In this document: piece after piece, positions 57,221 through 64,000 of the stretch | Position numbering within the stretch: position 1 is the stretch's first letter | Layout of the letters: each line of letters begins with the position of its first letter | Source of the DNA: a virus | Taxonomy: Duplodnaviria > Caudoviricetes | Reading direction: 5' to 3' (one strand) | Length of the DNA stretch: 64,000 nt | Virus record (IMG/VR): IMGVR_UViG_3300044730_000647 | Location: 1,079-65,078 of that record | Position numbers and translations under genes: made by a program | The notes under the pieces: generated by a model | What the model was told of the DNA's origin: nothing | Seen by the model: the letters and a program-made list of their open reading frames with translations, nothing else | The model's database searches: none

Positions 57221-58104
57221 AATCACTATATGACCTAGAACTAAATGCAGCAGACGGCACACCAGACTTTTTGAAAAAGTATAAGGGTAAGGTTACAATG
57301 TTTGTAAACACTACAGTAGGTTGTGGAAATGCAAACCAAATGGAGGTCTTAGAGTGGCTTCAGCAGAAATACAAGGACAGAGGCTTTGAGATTGTAGCTC
57401 TTCCAACAAATGATTACTGCGGTCCAGGAGTTACAAAGGGAGCATGGTCACAAGGATTAGTTGAAGGAATGGATTCACAAAACTATGGTTGCGATGTATA
57501 CGGGACTACATTTGGATTCTCTGAAAAAGTAAACTCAATTCCAAACAGAGAGATAGTCGGAGATCTAAATGGAATAGACCAGCCATTTGGAGAGCCAAGC
57601 GAAGTTTTTAATGTAATTTCAGATCACGCAAATAATTTATGGGGTAAGGCCCTAGAGCTAGGAATACAATTCCCATTCGACCAGTATTACTCATGGTGGC
57701 TATGCCAAGGCTTTTATGCTGGAGCAATCCAGGCCGCAAATTTTGAAAAGTACTTAGTAGACAAAGATGGCTTTGTAGTTAAGCACTATTCACCTTCAGT
57801 TCTCAACCTTGATGTTGAAAAAACATTAAAGGAGAACCTAATAAAAGATTTAGGTCTAGACTACGGAGATTTTGGATCAGAGCTATCTAGAATAAATCAC
57901 GAACCTAATCTTTCTATAGGGGAAGGTGGCAGAGTAGAGCTTGCTGCCGACCATATATTAATGGTCTCTCATAGACAACAAATTGCACCAGGACCAGGGC
58001 ACGGAAGATCTTACAAGCTATTTGAAGAAGAGTGGGATGTTGTATGCTCACACATTGAAGAATTGCTAAATGGTGAAGTTTCAATGATTAACCCAAATAA
58101 ATAA
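57217..58104 (+). CDS. Glutathione peroxidase-family protein (Cys-type) with extensions
   Basis: KGKVTMFVNTTVGCG, LQQKYKDRGFEIVALPTNDY, FSEKV, NFEKYLVDKDG. Confidence 0.85.
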   Translation: MKSLYDLELNAADGTPDFLKKYKGKVTMFVNTTVGCGNANQMEVLEWLQQKYKDRGFEIVALPTNDYCGPGVTKGAWSQGLVEGMDSQNYGCDVYGTTFGFSEKVNSIPNREIVGDLNGIDQPFGEPSEVFNVISDHANNLWGKALELGIQFPFDQYYSWWLCQGFYAGAIQAANFEKYLVDKDGFVVKHYSPSVLNLDVEKTLKENLIKDLGLDYGDFGSELSRINHEPNLSIGEGGRVELAADHILMVSHRQQIAPGPGHGRSYKLFEEEWDVVCSHIEELLNGEVSMINPNK

Positions 58105-58113
58105 CAAAAACAG

Positions 58114-58143
58114 TTGACAACTACTGTTTTGCTCCTGTATAAT
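58114..58143 (+). promoter_or_regulatory. SigA-type promoter TTGACA-N18-TATAAT
   Basis: Consensus hexamers upstream of the whiB-containing operon. Confidence 0.75.
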
Positions 58144-58176
58144 AATATATAGGTATAAATAAGACAAATTGGACAA

Positions 58177-58410
58177 ATGCTACACTTATATGAAAACGGA
58201 GTAGAAATTCTAAGGAATAGAATTCCTAGTAATAAGTTTGATTTATACTGGAACAATTATAACTTAATTGTTTGGGAGAAAAATAATAGCGGATATTTTG
58301 ACACCAAAGGTATTTATAAAAACAATTCCTGGGGAATCGCAAATGAATTTCCAGTTAATTCAAAAGGGGCATGGACTCTTCCGCTAAAGTATGTCAAATA
58401 TTTTAAATGA
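58177..58410 (+). CDS. Hypothetical protein
   Basis: 77 aa, W-rich. Confidence 0.6.
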   Translation: MLHLYENGVEILRNRIPSNKFDLYWNNYNLIVWEKNNSGYFDTKGIYKNNSWGIANEFPVNSKGAWTLPLKYVKYFK

Positions 58411-58702
58411 ATTAGATTCAGATGAACAGTCAGTAAGATGGTGGCATTTAGCTGCATGCAGTGGAATGGATACTAATCTATTCTTTGATCAATACGAGTC
58501 AGATGTTAATATGGCTAAAGCTATAGATCAGTGTTGTTTATCCTGCCCAGTCAGATCCATTTGCTATGAGTCTGGAGTAAAAAACAGCGAGTATGGTGTT
58601 TGGGGTGGAGTTTTTCTTTCATCTGGTTTGGTTGATAAAATGAAAAATGCTCACAAAACAAAAGAAGTTTGGAAGCATCTAAAGGCTAATAAAAATGTCT
58701 AA
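58391..58702 (+). CDS. whiB: WhiB-family Fe-S transcription factor
   Basis: AAC..MDTNLFF...C.SCPVR..C...EYGVWGG. Confidence 0.92.
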   Translation: MSNILNELDSDEQSVRWWHLAACSGMDTNLFFDQYESDVNMAKAIDQCCLSCPVRSICYESGVKNSEYGVWGGVFLSSGLVDKMKNAHKTKEVWKHLKANKNV

Positions 58703-59000
58703 TGTGTATGACAACCATCATTTTAAATATGGAATGAATCAGTGGACTGGTGAACCAAACAAGCCAGTTTTTTATAATGAAGATATGAAGAAAAAGCTAA
58801 GAGAATTAAATAAACCAATGTTTTTGTTAATGGATGTTGTTCAGTATCCAGAGTTTCTTGCTTTAAGGTTATATGAGGATAATTTTATACAGTTTGATGG
58901 AATTGAAAAAGAAAAGGTTATAGATTATGTGTCTAAAGCTAAAAAACTACTTGAGTCGTATGGTGTTCGAGTAGAACTAGAAGGAAGGCCAATGGCATGA
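58695..59000 (+). CDS. Hypothetical protein
   Basis: 101 aa, overlapping neighbours. Confidence 0.6.
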   Translation: MSNVYDNHHFKYGMNQWTGEPNKPVFYNEDMKKKLRELNKPMFLLMDVVQYPEFLALRLYEDNFIQFDGIEKEKVIDYVSKAKKLLESYGVRVELEGRPMA

Positions 59001-59461
59001 GTGAATTAAAATCAGAACATATTTCCGTAGTTGATAATTTTCTTAAAGAAAACTTAAACGGCAGCACCCACTATATGTTAACTATTGCAAGAGATGGAGA
59101 AAGTCCCGCTAGATCTATCTACCACTACAACAGCCCAATAGATGTCACTGATGCATACAATAAGTATACTGACTGGGGATTTGCAAAAGATTACCTAACA
59201 GTAACAATGTACGGACCAGGTGGACAACTAGCCCAAAAAGTTAATCGCAGATCGTCGGGCGGAACCCAGGGAGACTGCACTTTTGTCAGAGAAGATTACA
59301 TAAAAGCAGAAAAAATAATTCTAAGCTATAAAAATGATATGACAAAAGATGTATACACAAGCCTAGTAAAAGATTTTGCTGGGCTTTTTTCAAGAGACAA
59401 CATTAGATTTAATGTTAGTCGTTTTTTTAAAGAAACAGAATGCGAAGAGGTTTTTGAATGA
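58997..59461 (+). CDS. Hypothetical protein
   Basis: 154 aa; C-terminal F.RDN.RFN..RF motif. Confidence 0.6.
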   Translation: MSELKSEHISVVDNFLKENLNGSTHYMLTIARDGESPARSIYHYNSPIDVTDAYNKYTDWGFAKDYLTVTMYGPGGQLAQKVNRRSSGGTQGDCTFVREDYIKAEKIILSYKNDMTKDVYTSLVKDFAGLFSRDNIRFNVSRFFKETECEEVFE

Positions 59462-59697
59462 GTGAAAAGATATTTTGTTATTCATGTAACAAAACAAAGA
59501 ATAAGCTAAACTTAAAGAAGTCATCATTGCTTACAATAAACTTATTTCTTTGCCAAACATGCATAGACAATAAGTTTGAGCCAAGGTGGGTAATCCTTAT
59601 TGCTGGAAGACAAAATGGGCACGAATTAGTTAAAGATTTTATACAAAAAAAGAGATATATTGGCGCGGATATTACAGCATCTGAGTTATTAATTTAG
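59458..59697 (+). CDS. Zinc-binding hypothetical protein
   Basis: CYSC...CQTC. Confidence 0.6.
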   Translation: MSEKIFCYSCNKTKNKLNLKKSSLLTINLFLCQTCIDNKFEPRWVILIAGRQNGHELVKDFIQKKRYIGADITASELLI

Positions 59698-59725
59698 ACT
59701 AATTATAAGGTATAATTACCTTATA

Positions 59726-60040
59726 ATGGAAACAATTTATATAACGGTTGTAGCATCAATATTAGCTGCAACGCTTAGCGGATTTGCTACTGCGTTGGTT
59801 AATGGATTTAGAGACTCTAAAAAGGAAAAAATCAGGCGGGAAGAGCGTGAAAAAGACCACCTTAAATTAGATATAAAAGATCTAAAGATAGAGTTATACC
59901 AACTTGAAAAAGAATTAAATGAGTGGAAAGATAAATATTATAAAGCCATTCAAGACCTAATTGAAATGAAATCTGAGCTGGAAAGCGTATTATCACAATT
60001 AAATCATATAGAATATCATGAGATGCTGGACACAGAATAA
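59726..60040 (+). CDS. Membrane-anchored coiled-coil protein
   Basis: N-terminal TM helix then heptad-rich region; TATAAT 59711-16. Confidence 0.65.
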   Translation: METIYITVVASILAATLSGFATALVNGFRDSKKEKIRREEREKDHLKLDIKDLKIELYQLEKELNEWKDKYYKAIQDLIEMKSELESVLSQLNHIEYHEMLDTE

Positions 60041-60061
60041 TTAAAATAGTACAATAAAGGT

Positions 60062-60619
60062 ATGACTTGTATTGTTGCAATTGCTCAAGGTGGTGTCGTT
60101 TATATGGCATCAGATCATGCTGCCTCAGATGATAAAACTGGTTGGATCCTAGCAAGAAAAGAACCAAAGTGTTTTAAAGTTGGTCAGTATGCTATTGCAT
60201 TTACAGATTCATTTCGCATGGGTCAAATTCTTCAGTATATGTGGACACCACCAAAATATACTCCAACTAAAACAAATTCTGGTTTAGATAAGTTTATGAG
60301 AACCAAGTTTGTTGATTCAGTTAAGGCTGCATTTAAAGAGCATGGATATGGAAGCATTGGATCCTCTTCAGAAGAGGATACAGGTGGAATTTTTATAGTT
60401 GGGCTTGAAGGTAGAATCTTTACTATAGATGAAGACTTCCATGTTGGAGAAAATGTTGTAAACTATATGGCAGAAGGTAGCGGTGGAATGATTGCGCTAG
60501 GTGCACTTCATGCTACAAAGAATCAAAAAAATCCTAGACTGAGGCTTAAGGCAGCATTAGAAGCAGCAACTGAGTTTAATATGAGCGTAGCTGCCCCCTA
60601 TACATATATTCAAGTTTAG
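60062..60619 (+). CDS. HslV/proteasome-beta-like Ntn threonine protease
   Basis: N-terminal MTCIVAI...VYMASD, PKCFKVG, AEGSGGMIALGAL; TACAAT 6 nt upstream. Confidence 0.8.
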   Translation: MTCIVAIAQGGVVYMASDHAASDDKTGWILARKEPKCFKVGQYAIAFTDSFRMGQILQYMWTPPKYTPTKTNSGLDKFMRTKFVDSVKAAFKEHGYGSIGSSSEEDTGGIFIVGLEGRIFTIDEDFHVGENVVNYMAEGSGGMIALGALHATKNQKNPRLRLKAALEAATEFNMSVAAPYTYIQV

Positions 60620-60633
60620 TGTATAATTGAACA

Positions 60634-60843
60634 ATGGACATCAATGACCTAAGACCAGACTATTCACATTCAATGGACATAAGAGGCGTTCCAACACATG
60701 TATGTCCATGCGGTTGTGAAGTTTGGAATCTTAAAGTCATTTTTGATAGTTGCGAGATTGCAACTTATTTTTTAGACATGGAGTGTGCTAATTGTGGCAC
60801 ACTGGCAACTGCACCAACGCCACTTGATAGAGATGAAGAATAA
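60634..60843 (+). CDS. Small zinc-ribbon protein
   Basis: CPCGC...CANCG; TATAAT 6 nt upstream. Confidence 0.65.
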   Translation: MDINDLRPDYSHSMDIRGVPTHVCPCGCEVWNLKVIFDSCEIATYFLDMECANCGTLATAPTPLDRDEE

Positions 60844-61019
60844 TGAGAGCGCAAAGAAGAATAGATTTACTAGAACTTGAGCTATTTAAACTTAGAATTG
60901 AATTAGATATAATGCATGAAATTATGAGCAACATTGTAAATACTCAAGTGCAGGCAGCGGAAGCCAAAAATATGGATTCTGGAAAATGGTATCCACGCAC
61001 AAGACCACCACAGAGCTAA
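60843..61019 (+). CDS. 58-aa hypothetical protein (not in ORF track)
   Basis: MRAQRRIDLLELELFKLRIELDIMHE...; start overlaps the upstream stop. Confidence 0.5.
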   Translation: MRAQRRIDLLELELFKLRIELDIMHEIMSNIVNTQVQAAEAKNMDSGKWYPRTRPPQS

Positions 61020-61026
61020 CAGCCTA

Positions 61027-61055
61027 TTGACAACCATCGCTGCATTTAGTAGAAT
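61027..61055 (+). promoter_or_regulatory. SigA-type promoter TTGACA-N17-TAGAAT, leaderless
   Basis: -10 ends 7 nt before ATG 61063. Confidence 0.7.
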
Positions 61056-61062
61056 TAGCTTT

Positions 61063-62025
61063 ATGAAAAAACTAATAACTATGGCAATTATCGCCAGCAC
61101 ACTCGCTATTACCACAATGCCTGCACAGGCAAATCTAAAGCCAAAAACAGTTGTCCCAACATTGGCTATTTTAGACACAGCGCTAGACACATCAATCCCA
61201 TCAATTAAGTCAAGACTAGTTGCTGAGGTATGCATTTTAGATTGGCCATCATGTCCAAATAAAACTAAATTTATGGAGGGCGCAGGAGCATCAGTTCTTC
61301 CAATTAGTATGTTATCAACAAATAATTTTAACCATGGAACCCAAATGGCTTCCGCAGCAATTGCATCTAACCCAAATATTAATATTGTATTTATTAGAAT
61401 TGTTGGTAACACAACAAAAGGCGGACAGCAAACTTATGGTCTAAACACTCTTGTAAACGCTTTAACATGGGTTAATAACAACAAGGCAAAGTATAATATT
61501 GTAGCAGTTGCATCATCTCATGCTACTAATGCTCCAGTTATTAAGCGCAGCGCAACATCTGCTTATTGTTTACCAACAGCAGTTGATACAGTAGTTTCTA
61601 ATTTAAATAACTCTGGTGTACCAGTATTTTTCCCTTCTGGAAATAGCGCGGGAAACCCAAATATGGCAGGCAAGATTGAATGGCCAGCATGTATTAGCCA
61701 GTCAATTGCAGTTGGTGGAGTTGAAACTCTAAATCTAGATAAGCCTCAAGTTTCTTTAACAAGTAACTATGATGTAAACCTTGTAGATCTATGGGGTGAA
61801 ATCCAGCAGCCAACTATTTATCCTGGAAATGTTAACGGGTATTCTTATGGAACATCTGTTTCCGTTCAGGTAATTGCTGCAAAGTACGTACACCTTAAGA
61901 CTACAAAGCCTACATTAACATCAGCACAGCTGATTTCATTAATGAAGACCGCTTCTGATCCAGTAGAAAACCGTTATGGACAAAAGGTTTATTTGTTTAA
62001 CTTGAGTAAAGTAATCAATGGATAA
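61063..62025 (+). CDS. Secreted subtilisin-like (S8) serine peptidase
   Basis: Signal peptide MKK...AQA; triad motifs AILDT, NHGTQMA and GTS; oxyanion motif SGN. Confidence 0.85.
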   Translation: MKKLITMAIIASTLAITTMPAQANLKPKTVVPTLAILDTALDTSIPSIKSRLVAEVCILDWPSCPNKTKFMEGAGASVLPISMLSTNNFNHGTQMASAAIASNPNINIVFIRIVGNTTKGGQQTYGLNTLVNALTWVNNNKAKYNIVAVASSHATNAPVIKRSATSAYCLPTAVDTVVSNLNNSGVPVFFPSGNSAGNPNMAGKIEWPACISQSIAVGGVETLNLDKPQVSLTSNYDVNLVDLWGEIQQPTIYPGNVNGYSYGTSVSVQVIAAKYVHLKTTKPTLTSAQLISLMKTASDPVENRYGQKVYLFNLSKVING

Positions 62026-62227
62026 TAAGCTAACTGTACTAGAAGAAATTATTAAAGACATTGGTGAGGAGTTGTACCAGAAATGGTACAACGCCTTAGC
62101 AATTGAAGATAGAACAGAAGAAGCCTCTAAGGCAATGGCTGCTAATGCAGGAGAGACTGCAATTTGGGTAATTCAAACATTTATGAATAAGTTCAATGAT
62201 GCAGCGGATGAATTAAAAGGAGACTAA
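62018..62227 (+). CDS. Hypothetical protein
   Basis: 69 aa, helical. Confidence 0.6.
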   Translation: MDNKLTVLEEIIKDIGEELYQKWYNALAIEDRTEEASKAMAANAGETAIWVIQTFMNKFNDAADELKGD

Positions 62228-62228
62228 A

Positions 62229-62531
62229 TTGATTGTTACAGACGAAAGCTTTGATAGGGTTTTAGATTCTCACGCTTTAGTCCTTATCGACTTTTGGGCA
62301 CCATGGTGCGGTCCTTGCAAAAGGATATCTCCTATACTAGATGAGATATCAAATGAGTGCGGGCTCTGGGTAGGAAAGCTAAATGTTGATGAAAATCCTG
62401 TAAAATCAGCAGAATACTCTGTAACTTCTATCCCTTATATGGTACTATTTAAGTCGGGGAAACCAGTAAAGACTATTACTGGAGCAAAACCTAAGCATGT
62501 AATGCTAGAAGAACTTTCAGAATGGATCTAG
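62229..62531 (+). CDS. trxA: Thioredoxin
   Basis: IDFWAPWCGPCK, KLNVDENP, SIP, GAKPK. Confidence 0.95.
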   Translation: MIVTDESFDRVLDSHALVLIDFWAPWCGPCKRISPILDEISNECGLWVGKLNVDENPVKSAEYSVTSIPYMVLFKSGKPVKTITGAKPKHVMLEELSEWI

Positions 62532-62716
62532 AAAACATAGATTCAAATCATTTAGAGTTTGAGATATGGCTCAAAAATGGTTACGATAGGGGCTGGGTCT
62601 CAGATGTATTTTGCGATACACACGATGGTCCGCCTTTAACAGATGAAGAAATGCAAGAATGGGAAGAAGGAGGAGATCCCTGCTCTTTCCATGTAAAAGT
62701 AAATGCACTACACTAA
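62522..62716 (+). CDS. Hypothetical protein
   Basis: W..G...GW...C.THDG.P.T.EE..EWEEGGDPC. Confidence 0.6.
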   Translation: MDLENIDSNHLEFEIWLKNGYDRGWVSDVFCDTHDGPPLTDEEMQEWEEGGDPCSFHVKVNALH

Positions 62717-62764
62717 ATTTCTGTAATCGCAAAGATGACAGAGGAAATAAGGAGAATAAATTAA

Positions 62765-64000
62765 ATGAACTCATTTAAGAAAATCGCACTAGCCATGGTT
62801 GCAGCCATGACTTTGGGCACAATGGTAGCAACACCTGCAAGTGCTAACACCATGTCAGTTGTAGCATCCACATGGAATGCCGCAAAAACAGGTGGCGCAG
62901 GATATGACACGCCAGCAACTGCTGGAACAGCGCTAACGACTGCAATCGTACGTCCAGTACCTGCAGACAACACTGTTGACAATACAGACGTTGTTCAGAT
63001 CGTAGCAACAGTCGTAGCAGGAACATCAGTTACTGCAACTTCAACAAATGCAACAATCGTATCTGCACTACACTCAACTGCTGCACCAGTAGGAGCAACA
63101 TCAGGATCATCATCTTTGACAGTTGCAACTGGTACAGGAACAACAGCAACATTCTATGTCTACACAAAGACAACAGCAATTGGAACAGTTGTAGTTACAA
63201 ATGGTCCAGTAACGGTAACATACTATGTACAGGGTACTGCTGGCCTAATCAATAATCTATCAGTTTCTGCACCTACAACAGGTGCTGCTGGTACAAAGCA
63301 AGACATCGTTGTAACCGCAACAGATGCATTTGGCAACAAGGTATCTGGTAAGTCAATTACAGCAACTGTATTTGCTTCAACAGCAGTTATGGATACAGCA
63401 ACAGTAACAACTGGTGCTACACTAACAGATTTTGGAACAGCAACCTTTAAGGCCACTCTTCCAACAACAGGAACACGCTCACTAATTACATTTGCTCCAA
63501 CAACATCAACAGATGCAGTTGCAGCAGCAGTAGTTGGTTTGACTGCCCCAACACTTGCTCCATTCGCAGAGATTTCAGTTCGTGATCTAGTATCAGAACT
63601 TGCTGCTGAAAAGGCTGCACTTGCTGCTGAAAAGGCTGCACACGCTTCAACAAAGGCTCAGCTTGAAGCAGAAGTTAAGGCTAAGTCAGATCTAGCAGCA
63701 AGCCTAGCAAAGGCTAATGCTGACATACTAAAGGCTACCGCAGAAGCAACTGATGCAAAGAAGGCAGAAGCAAGCGCTCTAAAGGCACTCGCAGATGCAG
63801 GCGTTGCTGCAGATAAGATTATTGCACAGTTCAAGTTGGACTTGGAAGCAGCGAATGCTTCACTTGCAACACTTACTGCAGAACTTGCAGAACTAAAGGC
63901 TTCACATGCCAAGGCACTTGCTGATCTAAAGGCTACATCAGATAAGGCACTTGCAGATGCAAAGGCTGCTTCAGATAAGGCAGTTTCAGATGCTGTAGCA
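62765..64000 (+). CDS. Secreted Thr/Ala-rich Ig-like surface protein with Ala/Lys coiled coil (3'-truncated by window; not in ORF track)
   Basis: SD AAGGAG; MNSFKKIALAMVAAMTLGTMVATPASA signal peptide; VTATDAFGN Ig-like motif; AAEKAALAAEKAA heptads; frame appears open to the window end. Confidence 0.8.
   Translation, partial: MNSFKKIALAMVAAMTLGTMVATPASANTMSVVASTWNAAKTGGAGYDTPATAGTALTTAIVRPVPADNTVDNTDVVQIVATVVAGTSVTATSTNATIVSALHSTAAPVGATSGSSSLTVATGTGTTATFYVYTKTTAIGTVVVTNGPVTVTYYVQGTAGLINNLSVSAPTTGAAGTKQDIVVTATDAFGNKVSGKSITATVFASTAVMDTATVTTGATLTDFGTATFKATLPTTGTRSLITFAPTTSTDAVAAAVVGLTAPTLAPFAEISVRDLVSELAAEKAALAAEKAAHASTKAQLEAEVKAKSDLAASLAKANADILKATAEATDAKKAEASALKALADAGVAADKIIAQFKLDLEAANASLATLTAELAELKASHAKALADLKATSDKALADAKAASDKAVSDAVA

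Noticed and set aside
57250-57350. Selenocysteine in the GPx-like protein
   Set aside because: Active-site codon is TGT (Cys); no in-frame TGA
60903-61412. 169-aa minus-strand ORF and other short alternative-frame ORFs nested in long genes
   Set aside because: They overlap well-supported + strand genes and have no recognisable motifs or expression signals
1-64000. Stop-codon reassignment or alternative genetic code
   Set aside because: Long genes are intact under the standard code, and TAA, TAG and TGA all end genes at tight junctions

Overview
This 64 kb window is a segment of a large, AT-rich tailed dsDNA phage genome. No sheath gene is present and the tape measure is very long, so it is probably siphovirus-like. 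All supported genes are on the + strand. The order is: head protease/scaffold, HK97-type major capsid, neck, tail tube, -1 frameshifted tail chaperones, a 3151-aa tape measure protein (TMP), tail tip/fibre genes (to ~31.7 kb), a replication/recombination block (DnaB, DnaG, two SSBs, DnaE, RecA, Cas4-like nuclease, RuvC), terminase, two tRNAs, then an accessory block (AhpC/AhpD, SDR, flavin halogenase, SNase, Hsp20, PA14 surface protein, CHAP lysin, GPx, WhiB, HslV-like protease, subtilase, thioredoxin, secreted Ig-like protein running off the end). WhiB, ahpC-ahpD and many leaderless-type promoters suggest an actinobacterial host (inference). Two features stand out. (1) The TMP looks like a polyprotein: a recurring [FYLKR]-[NA]-x-GG motif brackets inserted segments resembling a HipA/PI3K-like kinase, an ADP-ribosyltransferase and an HExxH/nuclease-like domain, suggesting virion-delivered effectors. 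(2) A 1358-aa tail-associated protein has nine Cys-rich thrombospondin-like repeats, 23 I-[N/D]-T tripeptides, a GGGG linker and a C-terminal Hint domain lacking a +1 nucleophile, and is encoded next to a 2OG-Fe(II) hydroxylase. All calls come from reading motifs by eye; no database searches were run.
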